Source of the DNA: Alloascoidea hylecoeti
Lineage: Eukaryota
Assembly: GCA_001600815.1 (NCBI GenBank)
Contig: BCKZ01000004.1
Coordinates: forward strand, 1,081,566 to 1,145,565
DNA: 64,000 nt
Direction: 5' to 3'
The position numbers and the translations under genes are program-made. The notes beneath the pieces are model-generated. The model did not search any database. It was given only the letters and a program-made list of their open reading frames with translations, and was not told where the DNA came from. Positions within the stretch are counted from its first letter, which is position 1, and each line of letters opens with the position of its first letter. This document shows, in pieces, positions 34,557 to 46,840 of the stretch.

Positions 34557-36419
34557 TTAGTTTTTCTTGGACTTCTTTTTAGGAGCGAATTTGTAGTTTG
34601 GATATAAAAGTGTATGAATATTTTTTTCTTTTTCAGAAAGTTGTTTGAATGCTTCTTTTACTTTGGGTTCTTCTGTTTCCCACATCAAACCAATTATTTT
34701 TGATATAATCTTATGGTTTACTTTCTCAAAAATAGGATTATTAGTAGCATTAATCATAGGTTGATCAAAAACTTTTGAGCGTTTTCTCAAGCGTTTATTG
34801 TTCACCAGATCTAGATCAGCAGAGTTTTTAAATTCTTCTTTTTTGATTAATTCTGCCAATTGTTTTGGCTCATTGATAGACGCTGCTAAAGCAAATGCAT
34901 TGGCGGCTTCAGTTTGAACCCGTCGATACATCATGAAACTGTTTAAAGGCCTTTTAACATGATCTCTTACTTCTTTTGGTCTGGTATTTTGTTTCCCCTT
35001 TTTCTGTTGTTGATACAAATTAATTAATTTTTTAAATTGAAGTGATATTTCGCTCTCGTCTTTATCATTAGGGTTATGATCAAGTAAATCTTCATCATTC
35101 ATATAACTACTTTTAACATAAAGGTATGGTACTCCTTTATATTTTCTATAAGGGGATGAAGATCCAAGTTTTGAACAAAGCTCATCGTCTGGTGAAAATA
35201 TATTTAATACATTTTCCAAGACATCTAAAGATATATCTTTCTTTAATGCCAATGTTATCATCTCACGCTTTCTACCTTCAGACATTGGCGAGATTTTTAT
35301 AAGTTCTCCCTTATCTAATTGTAATATTTGATTTTTAGTAGGTAAGGTGGTTGATATTAACCCTATTTTCTGGTCTTCCATTATGATTGAATCATGATCA
35401 TTGGCTTCAACTTCATAATCAAATGAAGAACATTTTCTTTTCCTTAGGTTTTGGTGATCTATAACTGAGACGGGAGTTTTCTTAGGAATACTGGATAATA
35501 CAATTGGTTGTTCATGACCTGCAGAAACCGGGCTATCGTATTCCGAAATTGGACTATCTAAATAATTATAACCATCACCCGTACTGGTATAATAATAGTT
35601 TTGTGTTCCACCCCCCATTAAAAAACTGTAATTATCGTTATCATTGTCATTGTCAAAATTATTTGTGGGCCACAGCGAATTACTCATTATATTCTCATTA
35701 GTTTGAATATTTGTGTCAATACTAGTCCTAAATGAACTTGGCGACATGTCTGTGGAAGAGTCCAAGCTTTGATAGCCAGTACTTTCGATGTTAACGTTGT
35801 TGGCCATAATATCGGAAGGCCAAACGCTATCCATGCATTCGTTATTATCGGTATTAATGTTTATGGAAGAGAATAACATGTTGAATGGAGATATTTGTGT
35901 TGTATCTCCCGTATATAAATTTGAGTCCATAGAGGTTGAAATTACAGGAGGGGAAGTATCGTTTAAAGATCGGAAACAGGGGGTATCCGTTGTATTATGG
36001 GGGCTAATACCCCCATTCCAGGAGTTTATTTGTTGCGGCTGAAAATCTTCCTGTGAGGTTGGAAAAAAGTTGTTTCTGGCATCTTCAGTCAGTAAGTTAG
36101 TAGGGAGGACTTCATGCAAAATTGGCTGATAGTTTGGATGATAGCTTATATCGTGTCCGTTATCTATGATTCCTTTGGGGGAGTTCCATCCAATAGGGGA
36201 GGACATTGGTGAGGCCAAATGAGAATAAAGGAGGCTCCCAACGTATTTGTTGGTGTAACTCGAGATTTGTAGTTGAGAAGGAGGGAAAAGGGAAGCAACA
36301 GTGCGCTTTATATTAACAGTATTTTGAATATTTAAGTTATTAGCATTTGGATAGCAGCGATTGAAGGGACCAACCTTAAAATCTTGCTTCACACATATAT
36401 CCGAGTTCATATTTTTCAT
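34557..36419 (-). CDS. HMG-box transcription factor (MATA_HMG class), Ste11-like, C-terminal HMG box with large insertion
   Basis: HVKRPLNSFMMYRR...NHKIISKIIGLMWETE...LSEKEKNIHTLLYPNYKFAPKKK; long low-complexity N-terminus. First ATG at 36419 (the ORF track starts at a TTG at 36422). Confidence 0.9.
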   Translation of the reverse strand: MKNMNSDICVKQDFKVGPFNRCYPNANNLNIQNTVNIKRTVASLFPPSQLQISSYTNKYVGSLLYSHLASPMSSPIGWNSPKGIIDNGHDISYHPNYQPILHEVLPTNLLTEDARNNFFPTSQEDFQPQQINSWNGGISPHNTTDTPCFRSLNDTSPPVISTSMDSNLYTGDTTQISPFNMLFSSININTDNNECMDSVWPSDIMANNVNIESTGYQSLDSSTDMSPSSFRTSIDTNIQTNENIMSNSLWPTNNFDNDNDNDNYSFLMGGGTQNYYYTSTGDGYNYLDSPISEYDSPVSAGHEQPIVLSSIPKKTPVSVIDHQNLRKRKCSSFDYEVEANDHDSIIMEDQKIGLISTTLPTKNQILQLDKGELIKISPMSEGRKREMITLALKKDISLDVLENVLNIFSPDDELCSKLGSSSPYRKYKGVPYLYVKSSYMNDEDLLDHNPNDKDESEISLQFKKLINLYQQQKKGKQNTRPKEVRDHVKRPLNSFMMYRRVQTEAANAFALAASINEPKQLAELIKKEEFKNSADLDLVNNKRLRKRSKVFDQPMINATNNPIFEKVNHKIISKIIGLMWETEEPKVKEAFKQLSEKEKNIHTLLYPNYKFAPKKKSKKN

Positions 36420-39400
36420 CAATGATTTTTGACGCTTGTGATGGGGTTTTGATAAAAAAAAAAGGGTGGAAAAAGTTCTGAAGAAGATGATCTGGAAAAT
36501 GGCTACTGGACCATTGCCCAGTTATATAATAGATTAAATATTGGAACATAACTGATTCTGATGAAATGCTCCAATTCTGCCGTATCAGGAAGTATCAATC
36601 TTCAATTGCATGCACCTGTGCATCTGCATATAATACCTTGTACATATGTGTATGTGCGTCGCACTTACATTAAATGACCTGGGCCAATCTGAGTTTGACA
36701 TGTTGAGAGTGCATCTAAACCTCCGGATCCTATTATTGTCTTGTTTAGCTTGTTGCGGAGTCAATAATATCCATCGTTCACCGAAAGGATTAGTATTATT
36801 TACCATTGGTAACTAAGTTAAGGTCATATTATTAATCGATATTTTCAATTGAGTTGGAAATATAGAAATATAAACTCAATTCCCATGTTTCCACGGCCCA
36901 TCATATGCTCAACAGTCGTTATAGCCTTAAGACACCGCTTCGCTAAGGTTTGATTCCAGCTGTTGCAAAAAAAGGTGAAAGGAATAATAAATAAACAGAA
37001 ACGATCATTCTAATTGTTTTTTTCAATAATTATTTCAAAATATTTCAAACAAAGTCATACATATTATTAATTATTTACTAATTAACTACGTATACCAGAA
37101 GATCATATTTAAATTTATACGGTATTGTATCGATGAAAAACCTTTTTTTTTTTTAATTTCAAAGCTATGATTTATAAATTCCTTTCTTTTAATCATCAAA
37201 AGGAATTTTAACCAAGAATATTGAAAAAAAAAAATCAACAATCCTTTGTTGGTTTCTCTTCTTTTTTTTCTTACAATTAATATATCTCTTACAATTAATA
37301 TTTGATTTTTAACTAAATTAATTACAATTACAACTACAAATTACAAATTACAATCGTTTAGTTTGATATAATTTGATTTTGTCAAGATCTATTTTCTGAT
37401 AAGGTGAACAAACTTTATATTTCAGATTAATCTTTTAAATTTATTCAAAATTTATTCATTCCCTAGTTTTATCAATTACTAGCATCCAACTTCATAATCT
37501 ATTACATGGTCAGTGTTGTGACTCGTTAACATAGACAAAAATTAATGTAAATGCGTTATTAATTGAAATCGGAGATTCAAAAATACCTTTCATAAAATTC
37601 ATGATGATTTTAATTGATTTGCTGTGGTTTTTGGAAATTTTCAATCACAAAGTAAATTTATCCTAGAGTATACTGTAGGCCGAACAATATATTATATATA
37701 TATAATAAAATCATTTATCCTACTCTTAATTTTGTAAATATACCTTTATATATCTAATAATATATCATCGATCAAGATATATACATAAATTAATTTTAAC
37801 CCTGTTTAGAAAAGAAATTAACAAGTGAAAATAAAAAGAAGCCATGCTTTGAAACTTTAATCTGAGAATTAATATTCTATTTGTATTATATTTCAGCTGT
37901 TAGTATGACCAATGTTTTGTAACTGAAAGTGCAAACGGAATGACGTTACTGGTTGCATATAACCAGAAAATTGATATAAGATTGAAGTCCTGTTATCAAT
38001 TGAAAAACATTAAATTAAAATTATGTATAAATATTTTTTCAGTTAAAAAGCTAAGGGTTTAAAAATAAAAAGATTAAATTATATAGCATTAACAATGCAA
38101 CAAGGGATAAGAAAAATATGTTCCTGCACTCTACATATATTTTCCAGGAAATTAGTATCGTTTTCAGTGTTTTACTTTTATATCACAAAGATTTGAGAAG
38201 TACTGAAGTAAGATTATTTCAAGATCTATGTGATGATATAGTTAGATTCAATTAAAAGCAAAGAAGACAGAAGGACTAATAAGTTATCCATAAAAACAGG
38301 CCCATCAAGGAAAGGGAAAACGGGTTGAAAAAAAACGAGGTGAGTGCTTAATTCCACGAATATCTACGGATTCCACTAACTTTCTAGCAGTTTCTACAAA
38401 CTTTACGAGACGTGTTAGACCTTTTAAAGTAGCAAGGAGTCCGTGATGTCTCTAACTTGGTTAAACCAAATCTCGCGTTAGTTTCCAAATAGTACAATCA
38501 TCAAGCTGGTTTTCAATCGTTTTTTTAAAAAATCCCCGAGAACGGAGCAGTATATAGGGCTCTTGTCAAACATTTTACTATGTGGGTCATAGACTGATAC
38601 TAGTCTCATAGTAGTGAAGATTCTCAACTGTGTCTTTTATATATTTTCGGAAAGTACCTGAGTGACATGCATAATTGTGCATATATATCCCATACAATTA
38701 AGTTTATAAATAACCTATACTCATATAACTTCAAAGTTGAAGTAAAATATATGATTGCAAAATATCCTTACTTGTATGTTAAACTCACCATCTTAATTTT
38801 TAGACTTAGGGCTTATACTTAATTATGAGTAGAATAAGTCTATAAAATTACATAATATAACTCATATGGTAAATTGATAGCAAGGTTAAGATTTTTCAGC
38901 GTCATAATTGCAACTGGAGTTTCGAATTCATTTGGAATTGAAAGATCGTTATTACTATTACTCCAATTAACTGCTTAATTGGTGTGACGAACATGAATCT
39001 GTTCGAAAGATAAGAGTTTGAAACATATTAAGCCAAATATTTATATCTCATCTTAGAATTGTAATAAGAAGCACGATAACTCGAATAATGGTCTCAATTT
39101 TCGAAGGAATTAACTCACATCACTTACAGTTTCAATTAAAAAATTAAATAAATAGGTATATAATTATACTATTAATTATTGTTTTTTTATAATATAATAG
39201 CTATATGAATCCATGTATATAAGCATTAGTCTTAAAGTTTAAGGGGATAATTATAATCAGAGACCTAACCATATAAACCTCGTATTCCAAAAGTTAGTGA
39301 GAAAAAAAAAATGCTCACATTGAACAACCTAGTTTCGTATTAAATCAACTATATAATTATCTATTTTGAACTTGTAAAGATCAGGGTCGTCAAAATTAGC

Positions 39401-42400
39401 GACACCTCTCCCGTTCTGTATTCCGTAGTGTGCCCAACCTCACCGTTAAGAATAATTCAACGGCTAAGAAAAGGAAATGGGTATAAGCATAGTGCCTCGT
39501 ATGCATTTTTATGCACCAACCACCATCAACCTATACATATTCGTATATTTGTTTATCACGTGATATTGGAAATCCGTTTGTGTGGGAAGATAATGAGTGC
39601 GGCACAGTAAATAATATTAATACTATCATTTTAATTGGACTTTAATTATATAAATTCGTTTGAGAAACCCCTTCATTTGGTCATCTAACATACAAATTGA
39701 ACTTGTTATGCATGCTGGACATATTTTTGGGTATATCTTGGAGCGCATAATTAATTGAAATAAAATAGATGATACCATTATTTCGACCAGCCTTTGCTCA
39801 CTATCAGTCAGTTGAGAAAACTTAAAATTCTTTATATGAATTATTTAATACAGTATATGTTGTGGTAATTGGGGTGAATATATTGTTATGCAGGTGGATA
39901 TAATGGTGTAGCGAGACCAATTAAGCAACTGTAGATGTAGGGTGGCTGGATAATGTTGGTTAAAATTTCATAGGATATTAAGGGATTTGAACATGTTGAG
40001 TGATTCTACTCTACTCTTATATTTAATATTAAAATTAACTATAGTTAATAGTCAACTATTAGTCATATGAATATTTTCGAAAGAGTATGAAAATATATTT
40101 GGAGGGTTGAAAATTACAATAAATCATGCAGCAAATTGTTAAATAATTATATAGTTAATACCGCCAATTTATTATACCCAATTATTATATGACATGTTAT
40201 CATAATTATAGTTAATAACCGATAGTAGTACCACAGTTAATTACAGTAGTTATGCTAAATAAGCTTGAGTTCGAAGATCTATTAACAATATCTAGATCTT
40301 CTAGAAACGACAGTAACACTTAAAATTTAAAAACCTATAACTTTAAAATAATAAGTAGTATAGACCTAATCTACAAATAATATACCAAGCTTATACTAAT
40401 ACTATAGCGTTAAAACAATAGAATTGTAAAGTATAATAAAATGAAAAATGCAATTTAATTTAAAGAAGGTCATATATATGCATATGCATATGCGTTTATG
40501 CATATTGAAATATTTAAAATAGGAATAAGAGTAGATAACAATGCAAAAAAAAGAAGTACAATTAGCCCAACAAATTCAAAGCTCTTAAAATTAATTATGT
40601 ATGATCAAAATTAATCAATCAATCCTAATCAAGTACAGGATCGTAATTTTTTCAGTATGAAACAAAACTAATTTGGATGGGTCAGACCTACTACCGGTCT
40701 TTTTGGAGGTGAAATATACTCTTGTGACTTTTTTGTTGCATGAAACATTTCCTAATTTGATCAGCTATTTTGAGTACTTTTCCTTGATTAATTTGAAATT
40801 ATAATTATCAGCAGAAGGAATAATAACTGCATTAATCATATTAGAACTGTCACCTGTGTGAGTATATATATGTATCTCTAATAGCAAAATTTTAAATGAG
40901 AAAAAGAATATTACAACTGTATTTCTGGAGCTGTAATGATTGAAAAATAAAATAATTAGGATTTTGATTCAAATATACCTCCACATGTATAGGGTAACTT
41001 ATTAGGGTTATAATTATATATACATGATTCCAATGATATAGCGCTTAGATACAATCTTCATCTATAATTTTTTTTGATCTTTATATTAAAATTAAAGATT
41101 GATCACCTTTAATTACAAATTTATTTCCCACTTTCCATTTGTTTGAGTTTTGTTTCCGTGCATGCAATCAATGAGTTATAGAGAACTAAATTATCCGTGG
41201 ATCCAATTGCCACATGATCATGAGCATAAACAAAAAGGGTGACTTTAGACCTAGGCCTAGGCCTACAAACCTGATATCAGCACGTGCACTATATTGATAT
41301 ATATAGGCCTATATTTGGGAGTTTGAGTAATGCACAAATCGAAAGTACATATATATTAATCCACACGTGATATAGTCTGGTTCCGTCATGGCCTTGTAAA
41401 TTCGAAAAGATCATCTAGTCGCTTTTATTACATTTCACATTATACAAATTATTACCATAAGGCCTTATATTTTATCTATAATAAATTACCCAGACATCAA
41501 GAACTATGTAGTGTAGATATCAATTATAGGCCTATACATATGTACGTATACAGAAAAGGTTAATTATGCTGTTCTACATTTTAAGAAGCTCATGTTATAA
41601 TTAAAAATCTTTTCGCTATAAATCTTGACCTAAATTTTAGGATATAATATGATTATTGATTTCAATAAAAATAATAGCAGCTCTAGGAATGAAGGATGTC
41701 GTTAAGAAGAATTCTGAGTTTTTAATTAAAGACATTACAATTCTACTGAGTACTAGTTGATGATGTATTAACTATAAAAAGAACAGTGAGGGTATATATC
41801 TATAGTATTCTATACACATGAGCTATTAATATTTTGTCCATTAACAATACTATAGCACTATGAATACGTTGAATAGGTACCGGTACCGAAGTTATCGTTT
41901 GGAAAGACTATGTAACGTGTACGAACAATGTACCGTATACGTACAGTATGTTAGATTTATAACTTATACATGTATTTTACTTTGGCTTGAACTTTTTTGA
42001 TCTATTTTTGGTTGTTATAAGCTTTTTTGAGATGATTTCTTTCAAATTAGTCTGATTGTTGCATCTCTAATAACTTTCAGCAAGGTAAGTTAGTATCATC
42101 ATATTAAATCTTATGCTTGGTCTCTTTTTCATATATAGCAATATTAGCTGTAGATGTTATAGCTCATCAAGCCAAGCGGGGTTATCAATAATCGCTAAAT
42201 GGATAGTTGTATACCGATATTAAAGTAGCGAAGTTAATTTATAGTGTGAAGGATAGAGTAAAGTTTTATCTCTCCGGATCCTGAATTTTTATTTTTGAAA
42301 AACTTTTAGTTGAGATTAATCACCATTATAAGGTCACGATAAAAAACAAAAATCTAAGAGATAATAATATTCCCTCACTTTCATAGATAACACGTGGGCT

Positions 42401-42894
42401 TGATATAAAAAGAAATATTTATAGAATTCAGTTACAGTATTTACGTACAAAACTACTACAAGTAAATATGCATAGTCCATATATCTCAGGCTAAATATTT
42501 ATAGGGGCTAACCGGACTTCCGAACTACAAAAGATAATTATTTAAGATTTATTTATCGGTGAATTATCATGATCATATAATTTAGTAAATATCATTAGGG
42601 ATTATGCCTTTAAGGTAGATTATCTTTTATATATTTAAAATAGTAAAAATGTTGCATCTTTTTACATCATGTTGCAGCACACATGGTTACAGTAAGATTA
42701 GCAAATTTCCAAATATAAGTATATTTGATATTTATAATAAAAGTAGTGCAATAGTTCCTGGTCTATTGACGTGTCTTCTCAGCTTTAAAAGATATTAACA
42801 CCAGGCAAATAATGTTATGAATTTTGTATTGTTGTCTATAGACGTGAGTTGCATAATATTAAAGTGTAAAACTGCTGTAGTTATTACAAACTTA

Positions 42895-43096
42895 CAATCG
42901 TTTCACTTAAATTTCAATCATCCTGCTACTAATTATCAGCCATCCCATAACTAATTTTCGACCACACTATTACTCGTATGGCCCGTTATTATACAGGGAT
43001 ATGGTACATCTTAGGGTGTCATACCCAGCCAAAAAATAATTAGGTGGGTGGCTGATAATTAGTAGCCAGGATGACCGAAATCAAGTGAAATGACTA
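42895..43096. mobile_element. MITE, copy 2
   Basis: TA|CAATCGTTTCACTTAAATTTCAATCATCCTGCTACTAATTATCAGCCATCC ... GGTGGCTGATAATTAGTAGCCAGGATGACCGAAATCAAGTGAAATGACTA|TA. TIRs are at least 50 bp, and the interior aligns with copy 1 (TCCCATAACTA, TTAT[A/G]CAGGG.TATGGT.CA, ACCC.GCC.AAA). Confidence 0.82.
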
Positions 43097-44137
43097 TAAA
43101 TTTTAACCATCCCACACCTTGCATAAATGTAAGTTATCGGGTAACTTCCATTTAGTCTAGACAAAGATGAGTGTTTGGACACTATCTGCATTCAACTAAA
43201 ATTTTCACCACTTTCACCGATTTTTTTTTTTAATTATTTTTTTAAATATATAACTTATATATTCTAATTAACACCATATTTCCTATTTAGCACGCTCAAT
43301 ATGTCTTGGAGTTTTTTTCTCTCGGTTGAGCTTATTTTTTTGAGAGGTCTTCTTTTGGAGGGTGTTTGCCTAACAATCCCCCAACATTTTTCTGCTAAGT
43401 AGTTCAGTTTCGAGAGATGTCTCGTGAAGATATTTAGATCAACTCGCTCTGCCCTTCTACAACTAATGCTCTTCATAGGAAAACGGATTATATACTTCTA
43501 GCCTCCGTACGGTTCTCTTCATTACAACTTCCGCGGCTCGTGCACAGCACATAATTTCAAACAGGAAATCAGGATTGTTGAGGATCTCCCACATCACACT
43601 AATGACTTTTTCCATATGCAAATCCATTCTGTCATTGGGCTTGAGGGCTATACTATTTATAATGATATGTATTGACTTTGTTTAGAAATGGTCGAGGTTG
43701 TAGCTAACTACAGGTATAAGCTATAAGACCTTATATGTTTCATCTACATCTTACCATTGATTGTATAACAATATTCACATGCATATATATCTTTTATGGT
43801 CAATGTGTAGTTATGAGAATACTTAATTACGATAATATATACAGAATATTAATTATAACTTATTAATAAACAACACCATCATTGTATGGATATATTTAAC
43901 GATTTATATCAGGTCTGGAACTTCTAGCTGAACCTCTACGTATGTAGCTGGGTGTAATCTAAAGTTGCGTTTTTTTTGGACACTCTCGAAAACTGATTCT
44001 AATTCGATAAAAATATTTAAATCTGTAATTGAAACTGCAAAAGGCAAACTTATAATATGCGTGTATCCTTTCTTTAGGGGCGTAATATCCAAATCATACA
44101 GACTAGACTCTGTAATTAACTATGGTGCGGGACGCTT

Positions 44138-44243
44138 AAAATGAAGAACTTTTTTCTTGCTCGAGATCTCCAGAAAATATGTATGCAACTGTACAGATTA
44201 CGCCATGCGGAAATTTAACAGCATACATACGCATGCACTCATC
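44138..44243 (+). repeat. Dispersed repeat family B, copy 2
   Basis: AACTTTTTTCTT..TCTCCAGAAAATATGTATGCAACT..GGAAATTTAACAGCATACATACGCATGCACTCA, shared with copies 1 and 3. Confidence 0.7.
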
Positions 44244-46840
44244 AAGATAAAGTAGGTTTAATGATGCACGTTATTGTATGCCGCGAAATCTGGAGGCCCA
44301 TAGTGAAGAAATACGAAAGATGAGAAGTGCAAAAATAAATTGTAAACGACAAGATTTAGATTTGATATCTATCTGCCTTCTGTTATCTTTAATATAAAAG
44401 TGATTTTGGTGTGGTAACATTTTTTGCGAAGGAATTTTTTTGATTCTCCTAATTATAAAAGGTTTTCATTTTAGGTGATGCCTACCATATGATTATGAGT
44501 ATAGAATGAATATGGTATGAAAATAGTATGAATATAATGTAGAATTTGTAGATGTGTACATATAGTGATAGAAGATCAATATTATTTTAAAACTTTAACT
44601 TTTACCCCGGAAAAAATAATTCAACTCCGATACGTTATAAAGTTAATTGTTAATACCTTGAAAATTTTGTAAGGAAACATGTCTTAACTTACCCTATATA
44701 TATAATTTATGGCCATCAACACAACTCAGGAAGGAGTAAAAGCATCAGGTAATCAAGGTAGTTATAAAAAACTTTATATTTAAAATTTTAAATGAAATTC
44801 TATCCAGAATCTGGAGATTTACGTTTACGGATATTACAAAATATGATAAAGTCTCAATGTTATTGGCCAAACATTTAGTGAGAAAATTTTTAAAGATTAA
44901 ATTATTTATAAAATTTGGGCAGCAACTGATTCCCAGTGCTCTTCTACCATAAATATGCATAATTGTGAAAGCATCTATGATTATCTTGATAAATTAAAAA
45001 GAAATTTAAGGAATTAATATTTTAGAAGATGAGAAATGAGTATGATAAATGTATTCTGCACCCTAATTGATTACATCGTTACCTGCGTAAGTAAAGCTTG
45101 TAAAGTTGTAATATATGTGCTATGAGAGTGTGGCCTGCGAACACTATGTTAACTATATGGATCAATATTTTCACATGGAAAAGTTTCGCCAAGGGATTAT
45201 ATAGATATTTCCGGCCAGAGGTTTTTGGTTATAATCATAAATCTCTTGTATTATTTTGTTAAACAACCACCAGGGGTATCAATTCAAAATGAGATAATTA
45301 TTTATAATAATCTTGAGAAGCCATGGATTTGAAAGTTGTGCATCGCTAAATGACTTTAACTATGAATCATTTATGATATAGATGTTAAAGTTACTATTCC
45401 TATTACTTATTTGAGGAATCTGTTGGAATATTTTTGAGGGATTCAGCAAATATTGCTACATCGTGTGCTCATCCAATTGCAAGTTTTAGGAGAATACAGT
45501 TCAATAATTTTTTATAAACTCCATCTTCCTATTTATTTTACCGATTCGATAATTTGTCTCTATGCTAACGAAAGATGATACATATACATACTGCAAAGTC
45601 AATCAGAAACATTGAATCTATAGGTTATTTGCTTGAAGACTATGAATCAGTATATTAATTTATAAGTAACAATTTCCAATTGATCAGTTAGATCCTCTAG
45701 ATACTCTTTTTTTTTATCTGTCCCTGCATATCTTATTATATTTCTTAATTTTAATACATTTTCTATAAACTAGCCATTCTGTAAGGTTATAAAGAATATT
45801 ACCTGACACCTTCATTTTTATCTTTTTTTCATTGATATTTACTATGGAATATCAGTGTTTGGACTCCTACTCTGTCGGATTCTAGCATCTTTCTTTTTAG
45901 TATTTTTATGGTCGAAGATTCTTCAAACATACATGTCGTTGTATATCAGCCTTTATTTTTGTTGTTGGGATAAACTACATATATCTGATTTGTACTTATT
46001 GGGTTGAATCATATAGGGGTTTAAACATTATATGTCTGTAGGATTTTAACAGACGAAGTTTCAGTATATTTAATAATGCTGAAAGTTCTCAATACTTATC
46101 TCAACAAATAACACAATATAGACCATATATTTAGATAGCTATGCTAGGTTATGATACTAGATTGCTATACCAGACTGATCCATTAATCAGGTTAAGGATT
46201 AGACTATATAAAGATTAGATATTCCCAATAAAGCTTATCGACTATCAGCTAATAGCTGGTCAACTACAAATATGGTGGTGTTAAAGCATAAGATATATCG
46301 ATTATCATTTTGGAGATTGAAGTGAAAGTTTTCATTACTAAAGTTTTCTAGTTATCATAAATGTTTAAATAGAAAAAGTATACATGTATAACACAAGTAG
46401 AATCCTATAATATAGCTATCGAATTGATACAGGAATTAACAAGAAAATTTAATAAAGATTATTATATAGAGGGATTATGAGTGATTGTTGGATCTATAGA
46501 ATTCGACAGGTGATCTATATCGAACTCTTATTATAATTATTTTATATTATTTGTATCTTATTATTATTTTGCCATCGGTAACATTAATGACAACATATCT
46601 AAGCTAAAAAACATTAATATGAAGATTATAAGGAATAAACATATGTAATAGTAAGAGTTATTCACCAAAAAGGCCTCTATATCAACTTGAGTATGTATTT
46701 TTCTATCAAAACATATTTAAAAAAACACAATTATTGTTCTTGAAACAGGCAAAATGCTTTTTCAATGGATAGTGCAGTTAAACATTATGGCAACAAATAT
46801 AGAAAAAAGAAAAAAAAAATCAACTGAAAAAACTATTGAT

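Noticed and set aside
34557..36419. HMG gene as a canonical MAT locus gene (MATa2/MATA)
   Set aside because: No alpha-box or homeodomain partner, none of the usual MAT neighbours (SLA2, APN2, DIC1) in the window, and the box looks Ste11-like.
36910..36966. tRNA-like fragment (GGTTTGATTCC, CAACAG/CTGTTG stem)
   Set aside because: Too short, with no D or anticodon arms; the B-box lacks the invariant C.
43264..43720. Possible decayed coding or transposase relic beside MITE copy 2
   Set aside because: Short frames with no recognisable motif; needs BLASTx.
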